A stretch of DNA of 64,000 nt from Eledone cirrhosa (lineage: Eukaryota), in assembly GCA_964016885.1 (NCBI GenBank), contig OZ024742.1:38998001-39062000 (forward strand), read 5' to 3'. Below the pieces are notes generated by a model. It had not been told where the DNA came from, ran no database searches, and was given only the letters and a program-made list of their open reading frames with translations. The stretch's first letter is position 1, and the number at the start of each line of letters is the position of its first letter. This document shows, in pieces, positions 24,001 through 36,833 of the stretch. Position numbers and translations under genes: made by a program.

Positions 24001-27000
24001 TGGCAGTGTTGTTAGTGTCGGGAGGTGGTGGATTGGTCAGGGTAGTGAGTTGGCAGTGTTGTTAGAGTGTCGGGAGGTGGTGGATTGGTCAGGGTAGTGA
24101 GTTGGCAGTGTTGTTAGAGTGTCGGAAGGTGGTGGATTGGTCAGGGTAGTGAGTTGGCAGTGTTGTTAGAGTGTCGGGAGGTGGTGGATTGGTCAGCGTA
24201 GTGAGTTGGCAGTGTTGTTAGAGTGTCGGGAGGTGGTGGATTGGTCAGGGTAGTGAGTTGGCAGTGTTGTTAGAGTGTCGGAAGGTGGTGGATTGGTCAG
24301 GGTAGTGAGTTGGCAGTGTTGTTAGAGTGTCGGGAGGTGGTGGATTGGTCAGCGTAGTGAGTTGGCAGTGTTGTTAGAGTGTCGGGAGGTGGTGGATTGG
24401 TCAGGGTAGTGAGTTGGCAGTGTTGTTAGAGTGTCGGGAGGTGGTGGATTGGTCAGCGTAGTGAGTTGGCAGTGTTGTTAGAGTGTCGGGAGGTGGTGGA
24501 TTGGTCAGGGTAGTGAGTTGGCAGTGTTGTTAGAGTGTCGGGAGGTGGTGGATTGGTCAGGGTAGTGAGTTGGCAGTGTTGTTAGAGTGTCGGGAGGTGG
24601 TGGATTGGCCAGGGTAGTGAGTTGGCAGTGTTGTTAGAGTGTCGGGAGGTGGTGGATTGGCCAGGGTAGTGAGTTGGCAGTGTTACTAGAGTGTCGGGAG
24701 GTGGTGGATTGGTCAGGGTAGTGAGTTGGCAGTGTTGTTAGTGTCGGGAGGTGGTGGATTGGTCAGGGTAGTGAGTTGGCAGTGTTGTTAGAGTGTCGGG
24801 AGGTGGTGGATTGTTCAGGGTAGTGAGTTGGCAGTGTTGTTAGTGTCGGGAGGTGGTGGATTGGTCAGGGTAGTGAGTTGGCAGTGTTGTTAGTGTCGGG
24901 AGGTGGTGGATTGGTCAGGGTAGTGAGTTGGCAGTGTTGTTAGAGTGTCGGAAGGTGGTGGATTGGTCAGGGTAGTGAGTTGGCAGTGTTGTTAGAGTGT
25001 CGGGAGGTGGTGAATTGGTCAGGGTAGTGAGTTGGCAGTGTTGTTAGAGTGTCGGGAGGTGGTGGATTGGTCAGGGTAGTGAGTTGGCAGTGTTGTTAGT
25101 GTCGGGAGGTGGTGGATTGGTCAGGGTAGTGAGTTGGCAGTGTTGTTAGTGTCGGGAGGTGGTGGATTGGTCAGGGTAGTGAGTTGGCAGTGTTGTTAGT
25201 GTCGGGAGGTGGTGGATTGGTCAGGGTAGTGAGTTGGCAGTGTTGTTAGAGTGTCGGAAGGTGGTGGATTGGTCAGGGTAGTGAGTTGGCAGTGTTGTTA
25301 GTGTCGGGAGGTGGTGGATTGGTCAGGGTAGTGAGTTGGCAGTGTTGTTAGTGTCGGGAGGTGGTGGATTGGTCAGGGTAGTGAGTTGGCAGTGTTGTTA
25401 GTGTCGGGAGGTGGTGGATTGGTCAGGGTAGTGAGTTGGCAGTGTTGTTAGTGTCGGGAGGTGGTGGATTGGTCAGGGTAGTGAGTTGGCAGTGTTGTTA
25501 GTGTCGGGAGGTGGTGGATTGGTCAGGGTAGTGAGTTGGCAGTGTTGTTAGAGTGTCGGAAGGTGGTGGATTGGTCAGGGTAGTGAGTTGGCAGTGTTGT
25601 TAGAATGTCGGGAGGTGGTGGATTGGCCAGGGTAGTGAGTTGGCAGTGTTGTTAGAGTGTCGGAAGGTGGTGGATTGGTCAGGGTAGTGAGTTGGCAGTG
25701 TTGTTAGAGTGTCGGGAGGTGGTGGATTGGTCAGGGTAGTGAGTTGGCAGTGTTGTTAGTGTCGGGAGGTGGTGGATTGGTCAGGGTAGTGAGTTGGCAG
25801 TGTTGTTAGAGTGTCGGAAGGTGGTGGATTGGTCAGGGTAGTGAGTTGGCAGTGTTGTTAGAGTGTCGGGAGGTGGTGGATTGGTCAGGGTAGTGAGTTG
25901 GCAGTGTTGTTAGAATGTCGGGAGGTGGTGGATTAGCCAGGGTAGTGAGTTGGCAGTGTTGTTAGAGTGTCGGAAGGTGGTGGATTGGTCAGGGTAGTGA
26001 GTTGGCAGTGTTGTTAGAGTGTCGGGAGGTGGTGGATTGGTCAGGGTAGTGAGTTGGCAGTGTTGTTAGAGTGTCGGGAGGTGGTGGATTGGTCAGGGTA
26101 GTGAGTTGGCAGTGTTGTTAGTGTCGGGAGGTGGTGGATTGGTCAGGGTAGTGAGTTGGCAGTGTTGTTAGTGTCGGGAGGTGGTGGATTGGTCAGGGTA
26201 GTGAGTTGGCAGTGTTGTTAGAGTGTCGGAAGGTGGTGGATTGGTCAGGGTAGTGAGTTGGCAGTGTTGTTAGAGTGTCGGGAGGTGGTGGATAGGCCAG
26301 GGTAGTGAGTTGGCAGTGTTGTTAGAGTGTCGGGAGGTGGTGGATTGGTCAGGGTAGTGAGTTGGCAGTGTTGTTAGAGTGTCGGGAGGTGGTGGATTGG
26401 TCAGGGTAGTGAGTTGGCAGTGTTGTTAGAGTGTCGGGAGGTGGTGGATTGGTCAGGGTAGTGAGTTGGCAGTGTTGTTAGAGTGTCGGGAGGTGGTGGA
26501 TTGGTCAGGGTAGTGAGTTGGCAGTGTTGTTAGAGTGTCGGAAGGTGGTGGATTGGTCAGGGTAGTGAGTTGGCAGTGTTGTTAGAGTGTCGGGAGGTGG
26601 TGGATTGTTCAGGGTAGTGAGTTGGCAGTGTTGTTAGAGTGTCGGGAGGTGGTGGATTGGTCAGGGTAGTGAGTTGGCAGTGTTGTTAGAGTGTCGGAAG
26701 GTGGTGGATTGGTCAGGGTAGTGAGTTGGCAGTGTTGTTAGAGTGTCGGGAGGTGGTGGATTGGTCAGGGTAGTGAGTTGGCAGTGTTGTTAGAGTGTCG
26801 GGAGGTGGTGGATTGGTCAGGGTAGTGAGTTGGCAGTGTTGTTAGAGTGTCGGGAGGTGGTGGATTGGTCAGGGTAGTGAGTTGGCAGTGTTGTTAGAGT
26901 GTCGGGAGGTGGTGGATTGGTCAGGGTAGTGAGTTGGCAGTGTTGTTAGAGTGTCGGGAGGTGGTGGATTGGTCAGGGTAGTGAGTTGGCAGTGTTGTTA

Positions 27001-28630
27001 GTGTCGGGAGGTGGTGGATTGGTCAGGGTAGTGAGTTGGCAGTGTTGTTAGTGTCGGGAGGTGGTGGATTGGTCAGGGTAGTGAGTTGGCAGTGTTGTTA
27101 GAGTGTCGGAAGGTGGTGGATTGGTCAGGGTAGTGAGTTGGCAGTGTTGTTAGAGTGTCGGGAGGTGGTGGATAGGCCAGGGTAGTGAGTTGGCAGTGTT
27201 GTTAGAGTGTCGGGAGGTGGTGGATTGGTCAGGGTAGTGAGTTGGCAGTGTTGTTAGAGTGTCGGGAGGTGGTGGATTGGTCAGGGTAGTGAGTTGGCAG
27301 TGTTGTTAGAGTGTCGGGAGGTGGTGGATTGGCCAGGGTAGTGAGTTGGCAGTGTTGTTAGAATGTCGGAAGGTGGTGGATTGGTCAGGGTAGTGAGTTG
27401 GCAGTGTTGTTAGAGTGTCGGAAGGTGGTGGATTGGTCAGGGTAGTGAGTTGGCAGTGTTGTTAGAGTGTCGGGAGGTGGTGGATAGGCCAGGGTAGTGA
27501 GTTGGCAGTGTTGTTAGAGTGTCGGGAGGTGGTGGATTGGTCAGGGTAGTGAGTTGGCAGTGTTGTTAGAGTGTCGGGAGGTGGTGGATTGGTCAGGGTA
27601 GTGAGTTGGCAGTGTTGTTAGAGTGTCGGGAGGTGGTGGATTGGTCAGGGTAGTGAGTTGGCAGTGTTGTTAGAATGTCGGAAGGTGGTGGATTGGTCAG
27701 GGTAGTGAGTTGGCAGTGTTGTTAGAATGTCGGAAGGTGGTGGATTGGTCAGGGTAGTGAGTTGGCAGTGTTGTTAGAATGTCGGAAGGTGGAGGATTGG
27801 TCAGGGTAGTGAGTTGGCAGTGTTGTTAGAGTGTCGGGAGGTGGTGGATTGGCCAGGGTAGTGAGTTGGCAGTGTTGTTAGAGTGTCGAAGGGCGGTGGA
27901 TAGGCCAGGGGAGTGAGTTGGCAGTGTTGTTAGAGTGTCGGAAGGTGGTGGATTGGTCAGGGTAGTGAGTTGGCAGTGTTGTTAGAATGTCGGAAGGTGG
28001 TGGATTGGTCAGGGTAGTGAGTTGGCAGTGTTGTTAGAGTGTCGGGAGGTGGTGGATTGGCCAGGGTAGTGAGTTGGCAGTGTTGTTAGAATGTCGGAAG
28101 GTGGTGGATTGGCCAGGGTAGTGAGTTGGCAGTGTTGTTAGAGTGTCGGGAGGTGGTGGATTGGCAAGGGTAGTGAGTTGGCAGTGTTGTTAGAGTGTCG
28201 GAAGGTGGTGGATTGGTCAGGGTAGTGAGTTGGCAGTGTTGTTAGAGTGTCGAAGGGCGGTGGATAGGCCAGGGGAGTGAGTTGGCAGTGTTGTTAGAGT
28301 GTCGGAAGGTGGTGGATTGGCCAGGGGAGTGGGTTGGCAGTGTTGTTAGAGTGTCGGAAGGTTTTGGATTGGCCAGGGTAGTGGGTTGGCAGTGTTGTTA
28401 GAGTGTCGGAAGGTGGTGGATTGGCACGGGTAGTGAGTTGGCAGTGTTGTTAGAGTGTTGGAAGGTGGTGGATTGGCACGGGTAGTGAGTTGGCAGTGTT
28501 GTTAGAGTGTTGGAAGGTGGTGGATTGGCACGGGTAGTGAGTTGGCAGTGTTGTTAGAGTGTTGGAAGGTGGTGGATTGGCACGGGTAGTGAGTTGGCAG
28601 TGTTGTTAGAGTGTTGGAAGGTGGTGGATT
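9047..28630 (+). repeat. 52-bp G/T-rich tandem satellite, about 375-380 copies
   Basis: Unit ggtggtggattggtcagggtagtgagttggcagtgttgttagagtgtcggaa; period 52 (9061 to 9113); 50-bp deletion variants occur. Confidence 0.98.
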
Positions 28631-28769
28631 TGCGGTTGGAAATTTGTTTCGGGTTTAAATTTGTTTCGCGTTTAAATCCCGACATTCTTTCAAGGTTTAT
28701 AAGACAGTACTAGGCTAATGCGTTTCTACTTTCAGCTCTCACATCCTGAATGTTTCGCTGGATTAAGGG

Positions 28770-28985
28770 AGTCGGTGGGGTGGGGTGAGAGAGTGTTTGT
28801 GACTTCTCGCTATTGTATGGGCACCCAAATCCCTTTGTTCCGACTATTCTCATTCCGGGTTCAAATCCTGGAGAGCTCAACTTTGTATTTTATTCTTCCA
28901 GAGATATCTATGTTCTACTTATTTAAGTACTGAGGTCGACTATTCCAATTCCTAATTTGATGGCCCTGTACCTAAATTAGAAACC
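28770..28985 (+). mobile_element. Degenerate SINE (same Nin/Deu-like family)
   Basis: gggttcaaatcc...caactttgtattttattcttcc...gtactgaggtcgact...ggccctgtacctaaattagaaac. Confidence 0.55.
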
Positions 28986-29599
28986 CCTTATTTATATCGC
29001 TGATAAACTAAGAAGGAAATATATTATTTTATCAAAAATATGCACCTGTTTTGCTGGCGACTCTCTTAAAATTGTCATAATTTGTTTTGGTCGTCAATCC
29101 TCACCACACACACACACAACCACATACACACACATACACACACATACACATACAGACTCACACAGACACAGACATACACACACAGACACAGTTGTTGCGT
29201 GTGTATGAGCTCCACCGGTCTTGACGAAATTAACGGGCAAATGGTTGAGCATTTCACAGACAAGTGTATTCTAGGTAATTGGTTTACAGACCAGACCCTA
29301 AAAATAGGAAAAAGAAAGAGAAAAGCAAAATTAAGTAAAGAGAAAATGGAGAAGGCGTAAGAAGGGCAGATCTGGCTGTATGGGAAAGTAGGGGAAAGGA
29401 CTATAAAAGTTATAAATGAGGGGAAAAGGAGGGGAAAAACAAGGACTTTAGGGCCACAGAAGAAAAGGAGGGGCAGGAGTAGAGTGATGGGCTGTGGGCC
29501 TAGGACGTTGGGGCTGCACCCCGCAGACAAATCCGCAAAACATTTCCGCGGACAACAGCCAGCGACACCTGCTGCAACAGTCACCCCATCTCGCGTGGG

Positions 29600-29753
29600 A
29601 AGAGGGTAGACAGATCCAGCGTGACAAAGTAGGCCCTTTGAATTACAGGTACAACTCAACTTTTCCAGCTTAGTGTACAGGAACAACGTAAAAGGACACA
29701 ACGCGCCACTGAGAATCCAACTCACGACCTAACTATTAAGCCACGTACCTCCA
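29600..29753 (-). mobile_element. Degenerate CORE-like SINE
   Basis: Minus strand ggaggtacgtggcttaatagttagg...gcgttgtgtcc...acgttgttcctgtacactaagctg resembles 34350-34612. Confidence 0.5.
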
Positions 29754-29756
29754 CAA

Positions 29757-29759
<3 letters not shown>

Positions 29760-29851
<92 letters not shown>

Positions 29852-29870
29852 CACACACACGCACACATCC
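29760..29870. repeat. (CA)n microsatellite
   Basis: Direct reading. Confidence 0.97.
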
Positions 29871-30185
29871 ACACATCCAAACCCACGCTTTCAAAAAAAT
29901 ATTTCTTCAAGGCATTGATTGCATTGTAGTAAAGGCCAGTCAGAGAAGTAACGAGACAGCGATAGCATGGCAGATGTACAATCACACACCCGGATGTGAA
30001 CAGACAGTTAAAGTAAACAGTAAAGATTAGCAGCGTTTGTAACGTCCTGAATTTAAGTCCTAATATATTAGACCTGTCGAAAAAGTATCCGACATTAGAC
30101 TGGAAGAAAATTATGTACTTGGTGGGGTTCAATGGCTAATCCACTTCCATAAAGGAATTCACACATTTAGACAGCGATCCTTCTG

Positions 30186-30540
30186 TTGTCTCAAGCACGT
30201 CTGGTATATATTGCACGTCGGGCTGAGGAGGCCAAACTCTTCAAATATCGGTCGCTCTCCGACAGGTTTGCGGTTGTACCCTTGGCAGTGGAGAGTTCTG
30301 GTGCCCTCGGCCCTAGGGCTACCTCCCTACTCACCACCATAGGGGCTGAGCTGGCCAGCCGTAGGTGTGAGCTTCGCGAGCTGGAATGGTTTTTCCATCG
30401 CGTCTCCCTTGCCGTCCTCCGGGGAAACGCCTTCTCCGTTCTGTCCGTCGGGGCTGTGGGGCGGCCACCAATGTGATTGACTGACTTGTCATTTTATCAG
30501 TCACATGTTGTATGTATTAATGTATGTATTTATGTACGTA
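30186..30540 (+). mobile_element. 3' fragment of a CRE-like RLE non-LTR retrotransposon
   Basis: AEEAKLFKY...VPLAVESSGALG...RVSLAVLRGNA resembles the CRE C-terminus; its 3' UTR is shared with 62832-63085. Confidence 0.7.
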
Positions 30541-30544
30541 TAAC

Positions 30545-30900
30545 TACGGTGTTTAATTCTCCGGAATGTTTCTCAGCTTCGCTGTCGCAGTCTTCAAAGA
30601 AGTCAGAAAGAGCTACATCTGAAGAATACGGAACCTGATTTAGCTTCTCATCCAACGTGCTTTTTAGGACTTTAACGTCGTTGGATCCTTCTACTGTGAC
30701 GACTGAGCTTTGGTTTCCGGGTTGTACCTATATACACACATCTTATTGCCAGTTATCACGGTCTTCAGAAACACAGGAAATACGACAAATAAGTAGTACA
30801 TACAGCAAGCGCCAGACTCGCTGGCTGCTTGACACAGAGTGACGCATCCAGGAAACTCACCAAAAAGCCATGTATGCGAGTCCAGTCTGCACACCTTTGT
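30545..30900 (-). pseudogene. Mariner-like transposase remnant
   Basis: FLKTVITGNKMCVYRYNPETKAQSSQ* resembles ITGDETWVYxYDPETKxQSSQW; QVPYSSDVALSDFF resembles PPYSPDLAPSDF. Confidence 0.6.
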
Positions 30901-31294
30901 CTCCTCAACGACATTACTTCCCACGGAAAAAAGAAAATAGAATTAAAGTCGGAGACTTTTTCGACAGTCCTCATAAAATGTAGTTGTTTAGCTGTTGAGT
31001 AAACACTTTCCGCCACCGTTCCTTAACTACACCCCTATCCTAGTAATAGGGAGGAATATAAAAAAAAGATTTAAAAACAAGAAATAGATCCGCATATAAT
31101 ATTCACAATAAGCAGATGAATTGAAACCGACAGGACACCATTTTCAACAAAAGAAAACAGAAAGAAAATTGCCAGAGGCATAGAAAAAAAATGTGTACAG
31201 GAAGTTGAACATCTCACTTTGCACATTTGTTTCCTTAAACGCGCGCATGTAGTGAATGTATGTATATGTATATGTCTGTCTGTCTGCATGCATG

Positions 31295-31366
<72 letters not shown>

Positions 31367-31417
31367 GGTGTGTGTATGTCTGTCTGTATGCATGTGTATA
31401 TATATATATATATATAT

Positions 31418-31738
<321 letters not shown>

Positions 31739-31947
31739 TATATAAAATAGTATATATATATATGTGTGTGTGTGTGTATGTACATATATATATATACATA
31801 TACAACATATGCATTTATATATATATATATGCATATAGATACATATAGATATGTATGTAATATGTATTTGTTGTATATATTTATATATAACAAATTTAAT
31901 ATAAAAACGACTTCCACAGGACTAGAACTGTTTCATTCGAACGAAGT

Positions 31948-31988
<41 letters not shown>

Positions 31989-31989
31989 G

Positions 31990-32077
31990 AAAAATTGATA
32001 AGGATAAATATATATCGATAAGGATAAATATATATCAAATATATAAGAACCGTAGAGCAAATATTTATTAAAATAAC
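31990..32077 (-). mobile_element. Tail fragment of the 7423-7784 family
   Basis: gataaggataaatatatatcaaatatataagaaccgtagagcaaatatttattaaaataac matches ~7466-7525. Confidence 0.75.
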
Positions 32078-32081
32078 TTTA

Positions 32082-32154
<73 letters not shown>

Positions 32155-32167
32155 TATATAATATATA

Positions 32168-32562
32168 TAGCCTTTGTCAAGGCAGAATTCTAGGAGAAGG
32201 AAAACTCTGATATAACACCTGCAACTCTGATGGTATCCAATGATGTTGACTTGTTCTTCTTTTTGGTAAATATCATCTTGGTTAAGAGAGTGGGACTGGC
32301 TTTGTGCAGTGCCTTTGCTCACTATAAAAGCTCCACGGCACAGGCATTGCTTTATATCTGGAGATCTCTCTACACTTGTCGTCACATGGTACCATGGGCC
32401 CAGCACTATGTGTCAATAATTGTCACAAGTGTAGTGTTTGTACCAGAGTTTTCAAGTCGCTGGCTGGACTAAAATGTCACACTCGTTCAGCGCATCGGTA
32501 GGGGTTCTCCTACATGGATATAAAGTAGTGGCCGTACTCGAAAACGAGTTGGCAGCCACCAT
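32168..32562 (+). mobile_element. 5'-truncated copy of the ~605-bp non-autonomous RTE derivative
   Basis: Reverse complement of ~57807-58198; ends ctcgaaaacgagttggcagccacca. Confidence 0.85.
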
Positions 32563-32578
32563 ATATAATATATACATA

Positions 32579-32609
<31 letters not shown>

Positions 32610-32640
32610 TATATATATATATATAAATATACATATATAT

Positions 32641-33080
<440 letters not shown>

Positions 33081-33328
33081 AAAAGCTACCAAATGCATAT
33101 GGCCATAGTTATACCACAACAACGATAAAATACAAACAGATTGAAGACTAACCTGGACTCGATAAAAATCGATAAAAATCGATAAAAATCTTCAATAAAT
33201 TTCTGGGACCCAGGAAGCTGCACCACGAGTTGCATTATGCATAGGCAAGTCATATATGCATTTTCACCATGGAACTGGCCGTTTCATCGGCAGGTTTTGT
33301 TCTGTATTATCCAACGTTATTCTGTCTA

Positions 33329-33374
<46 letters not shown>

Positions 33375-33899
33375 CATAATTGCATATATACATAAATGTA
33401 AATATACATAAATATATACATACAAACATACATACACACACACATACATACATACATACAAACAATACATACACCCATATACATACATACATACATACAT
33501 ACATACATACATACATACATACATACATACATACATACATACATACGTACGTACATCCTTACATATATACAGACATGGCTGCCATGCTGCTCGAAGGCTT
33601 CAAAACGACAATGTTTGTAGCATAGATAAGCAGGGTTGAAACTCTATGTTGGAGCAGTGAGCCCGAAATTACATCATGCTTTAAAGGTTAGGGCGTGCTT
33701 GAAGACTCTTCCCCTACGATACCCTATTACTAAGTGTGCAAAGATAATTTTGTGAGCCAAAGACAGGAAAATTCTTCGTGAACAAAATGGTGAGATATGT
33801 AAGTATTATATCCAGATGCAACAATTTATGTCAGCTAAGTGAAATTAATCTTGAAAAAATCTCACTGAGCCTCCTTATTAGTAGCTTTTAGCCATCTAA

Positions 33900-34042
33900 G
33901 GAGTCGTTAGAGCGTCGGATTAAAAGTGCTACGGTATTTGTGGCTCACTGTTCAAATCCCGCCGAAGAAAACTTTGCCTTTCACCCCTTTCGAAATTGAT
34001 AAATAAAATGCCAGTCCAGTCCAGTCATGTACTGGGGTCAAT
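33900..34042 (+). mobile_element. Nin/Deu-like SINE fragment
   Basis: gttagagcgtcgga...gttcaaatcccgccgaagaaaactttgcctttcacccctttcg. Confidence 0.7.
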
Positions 34043-34236
34043 TCTTACTCAATTTTTTTTATCACCCCCTCTCTCTCTCACTCACTCTCACTCTTTTTTT
34101 CCTTCTCTGGAAGAAATCGAGCGTGTTGGGCTTCCCAAGGTTTAAAATGCCAAAGACAGGCCTAGTGTCATGATAGCGCACTTAGGACACTATTAAGTCA
34201 CTACCCATCTATTACATAAGGATACATACATACATA

Positions 34237-34310
34237 TAGTTTCAGAAGATCCCGTTTAGGGTGAAAGCAGCGATTCTTTGCTTAAACTTTAATCTGTTAT
34301 TTTAATAAAT
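34237..34310 (+). ncRNA. Third copy of the variant (CAGAAGA) hammerhead-like motif
   Basis: Same as ~7715-7790 except one loop II base (gttta versus gttaa); 5'-truncated at stem I. Confidence 0.5.
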
Positions 34311-34349
34311 AAATAAATAAATAAATATATATATATAATATAAAGTGTG

Positions 34350-34612
34350 TCTAGAGCCCGCAGGCTCCTCAGGCTGGTTTCTGTGGTGTGAAGCGACTGA
34401 GAATACAAGACTCCCTACTGGATAGGACGCTAGTCCATCGCAGGGTTAAACCCCATCTATTTCTGGTACTCATTTTCTTTCAGCTGAGTATACTGGAGCA
34501 ACGTGAAATGAAGTGTTTTGCTCAAGAACACAACACACAACACCACCGAAGAATCGAACCTACGACATTATGATGGTAAGTCCAACACCCTTACCACTAG
34601 GCCACGCGCTTC
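34350..34612 (-). mobile_element. tRNA-derived CORE-like SINE
   Basis: A-box gtggcctagtgg, B-box ggttcgattc, core ttgtgttcttgagcaaaacacttcatttcacgttgctccag. Confidence 0.8.
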
Positions 34613-34729
34613 CACACACACACATATATATATATATATTTACATATATATGTGTGTTTGTGTATGTGTATCATCTATATATATGTATGAGGAGTATACA
34701 TATACGTATAAGATGAGTATACATATAAA

Positions 34730-34826
<97 letters not shown>

Positions 34827-34839
34827 AGTATACATATAA

Positions 34840-34926
<87 letters not shown>

Positions 34927-35290
34927 CATATATGTAAATAGACAGAAAATACGTAATAACATTGGAGTGGTACATCAAGTATACATACGAGTACACACAC
35001 TAATATATTTACACATGCATTACGTTAGATATACACATAGATATACATACAAATACATACACAAATGCATACATACATACATACATACATACATACATAC
35101 ATACATACATACATACATACATAAAAACACACACACACACATACACGCATACATGTGTCAATACACCCAGTATACACAATATATATACACAGATATTTGT
35201 ATAAATAAACGACTTCGGTGTCTCTAACATAGCTGGGAGGTTCTAGATTAAGTTTTAAACAAGTTGAATATGTATATATATATGCATATA

Positions 35291-35370
<80 letters not shown>

Positions 35371-35401
35371 AAATGAGAATTTTATTTCTCGCATACTTAC
35401 G

Positions 35402-35474
<73 letters not shown>

Positions 35475-35493
35475 ATATATATGTGTGTGTGTG

Positions 35494-35574
<81 letters not shown>

Positions 35575-35585
35575 ATATATATATG

Positions 35586-35619
<34 letters not shown>

Positions 35620-35735
35620 CATACACACACATATATATGTATATATATACACATACACATATAAATATATATATATATATATATGTATGTATATATATAT
35701 ATATACATACATATATATAAATATATATATATATA

Positions 35736-35775
<40 letters not shown>

Positions 35776-35897
35776 TATATATATATATATATATATGTAC
35801 ATATATATGTATATATGTGTGTGTGTATGTGTGTATGTGTGTATGTGTGTCTGTATGTGTGTATCTGTATGTGTGTGTGTGTGTATGTGTGTGTGTG
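34613..35897. repeat. Compound (AT)n/(GT)n/(ACAT)n microsatellite field
   Basis: Direct reading. Confidence 0.9.
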
Positions 35898-36274
35898 TCC
35901 GCCATATTTCCTGTTTGGTCGGTTCACATCGAAGATTAAACTCCAACGTTTCACTTAGAAATCTACCATGACACCCTCCAGCAGTTTCTCGTCTGAAAGT
36001 AAGTGTATATAGATTTCAGTGGTATATAGACTAGCCTTCAAGCCATATACCCTTTTCACCTTCACCGTTTTTCTCTCCCTTTCCACACTTTCCACCCCAC
36101 CACCACCACCGCCCCCACCCAACACCTACCTAGTACCGATTACCCATTTCCGAAAAGTAGAAAAAAAACAATAACACACACACACACACACACACAAAAT
36201 ACATTGAGAAAATGTATATTGATCTTTCACACATATATCTCTGTGTGTATATATATCCCTGTGTGTATAATTGT

Positions 36275-36334
<60 letters not shown>

Positions 36335-36770
36335 CATATTTTTATATGTATGTGCACACATACACACGCACACACACGCACACACACATATATAAGACAT
36401 ATACATTCAGTATATATACTTTTTCGTTGGTATGTAGTTAATATTATGAAATATTCTTGTTACTATGTTAGCCCCAGGGTTTGGGAATTCTCTTGCCAGC
36501 TCATTCAAAATTGAATTAAAATGTTGCCATTCTGTAGATACTTGAATATATTTCAAATACCATAGAGTGTTATGTGAGTTTTTGTGAGCTGCTTTAACAT
36601 AAATATTGAAACGGCTTTCCGACATATAGCTGAGGCATGGTTCGATTCATGCAGGTGATTCTGTCCACATATTTCCCAGTCAACGGGTCATATCCTCGAT
36701 TTTATTCAACTATTTAATAGTTAATATGTGCTGTAGAAGTCTTCACATGAAGCAAACATCATACTTGTAA

Positions 36771-36828
<58 letters not shown>

Positions 36829-36833
<5 letters not shown>

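Noticed and set aside
9047-28630. CRISPR array or telomeric repeat
   Set aside because: No unique spacers, no cas genes and no TTAGGG-type unit; it is a plain 52-bp tandem repeat.
29075-29725. 216-aa minus-strand ORF
   Set aside because: Spans a SINE remnant, purine-rich sequence and (CA)n; no domain.
34540-34612. tRNA gene
   Set aside because: A and B boxes are present, but it continues into a SINE body and has no acceptor stem.
35935-35992. Minus-strand hammerhead-like aaactgctggagg...gaaacgttggagttt
   Set aside because: Core reads CUGGAGG and there is no convincing stem II.
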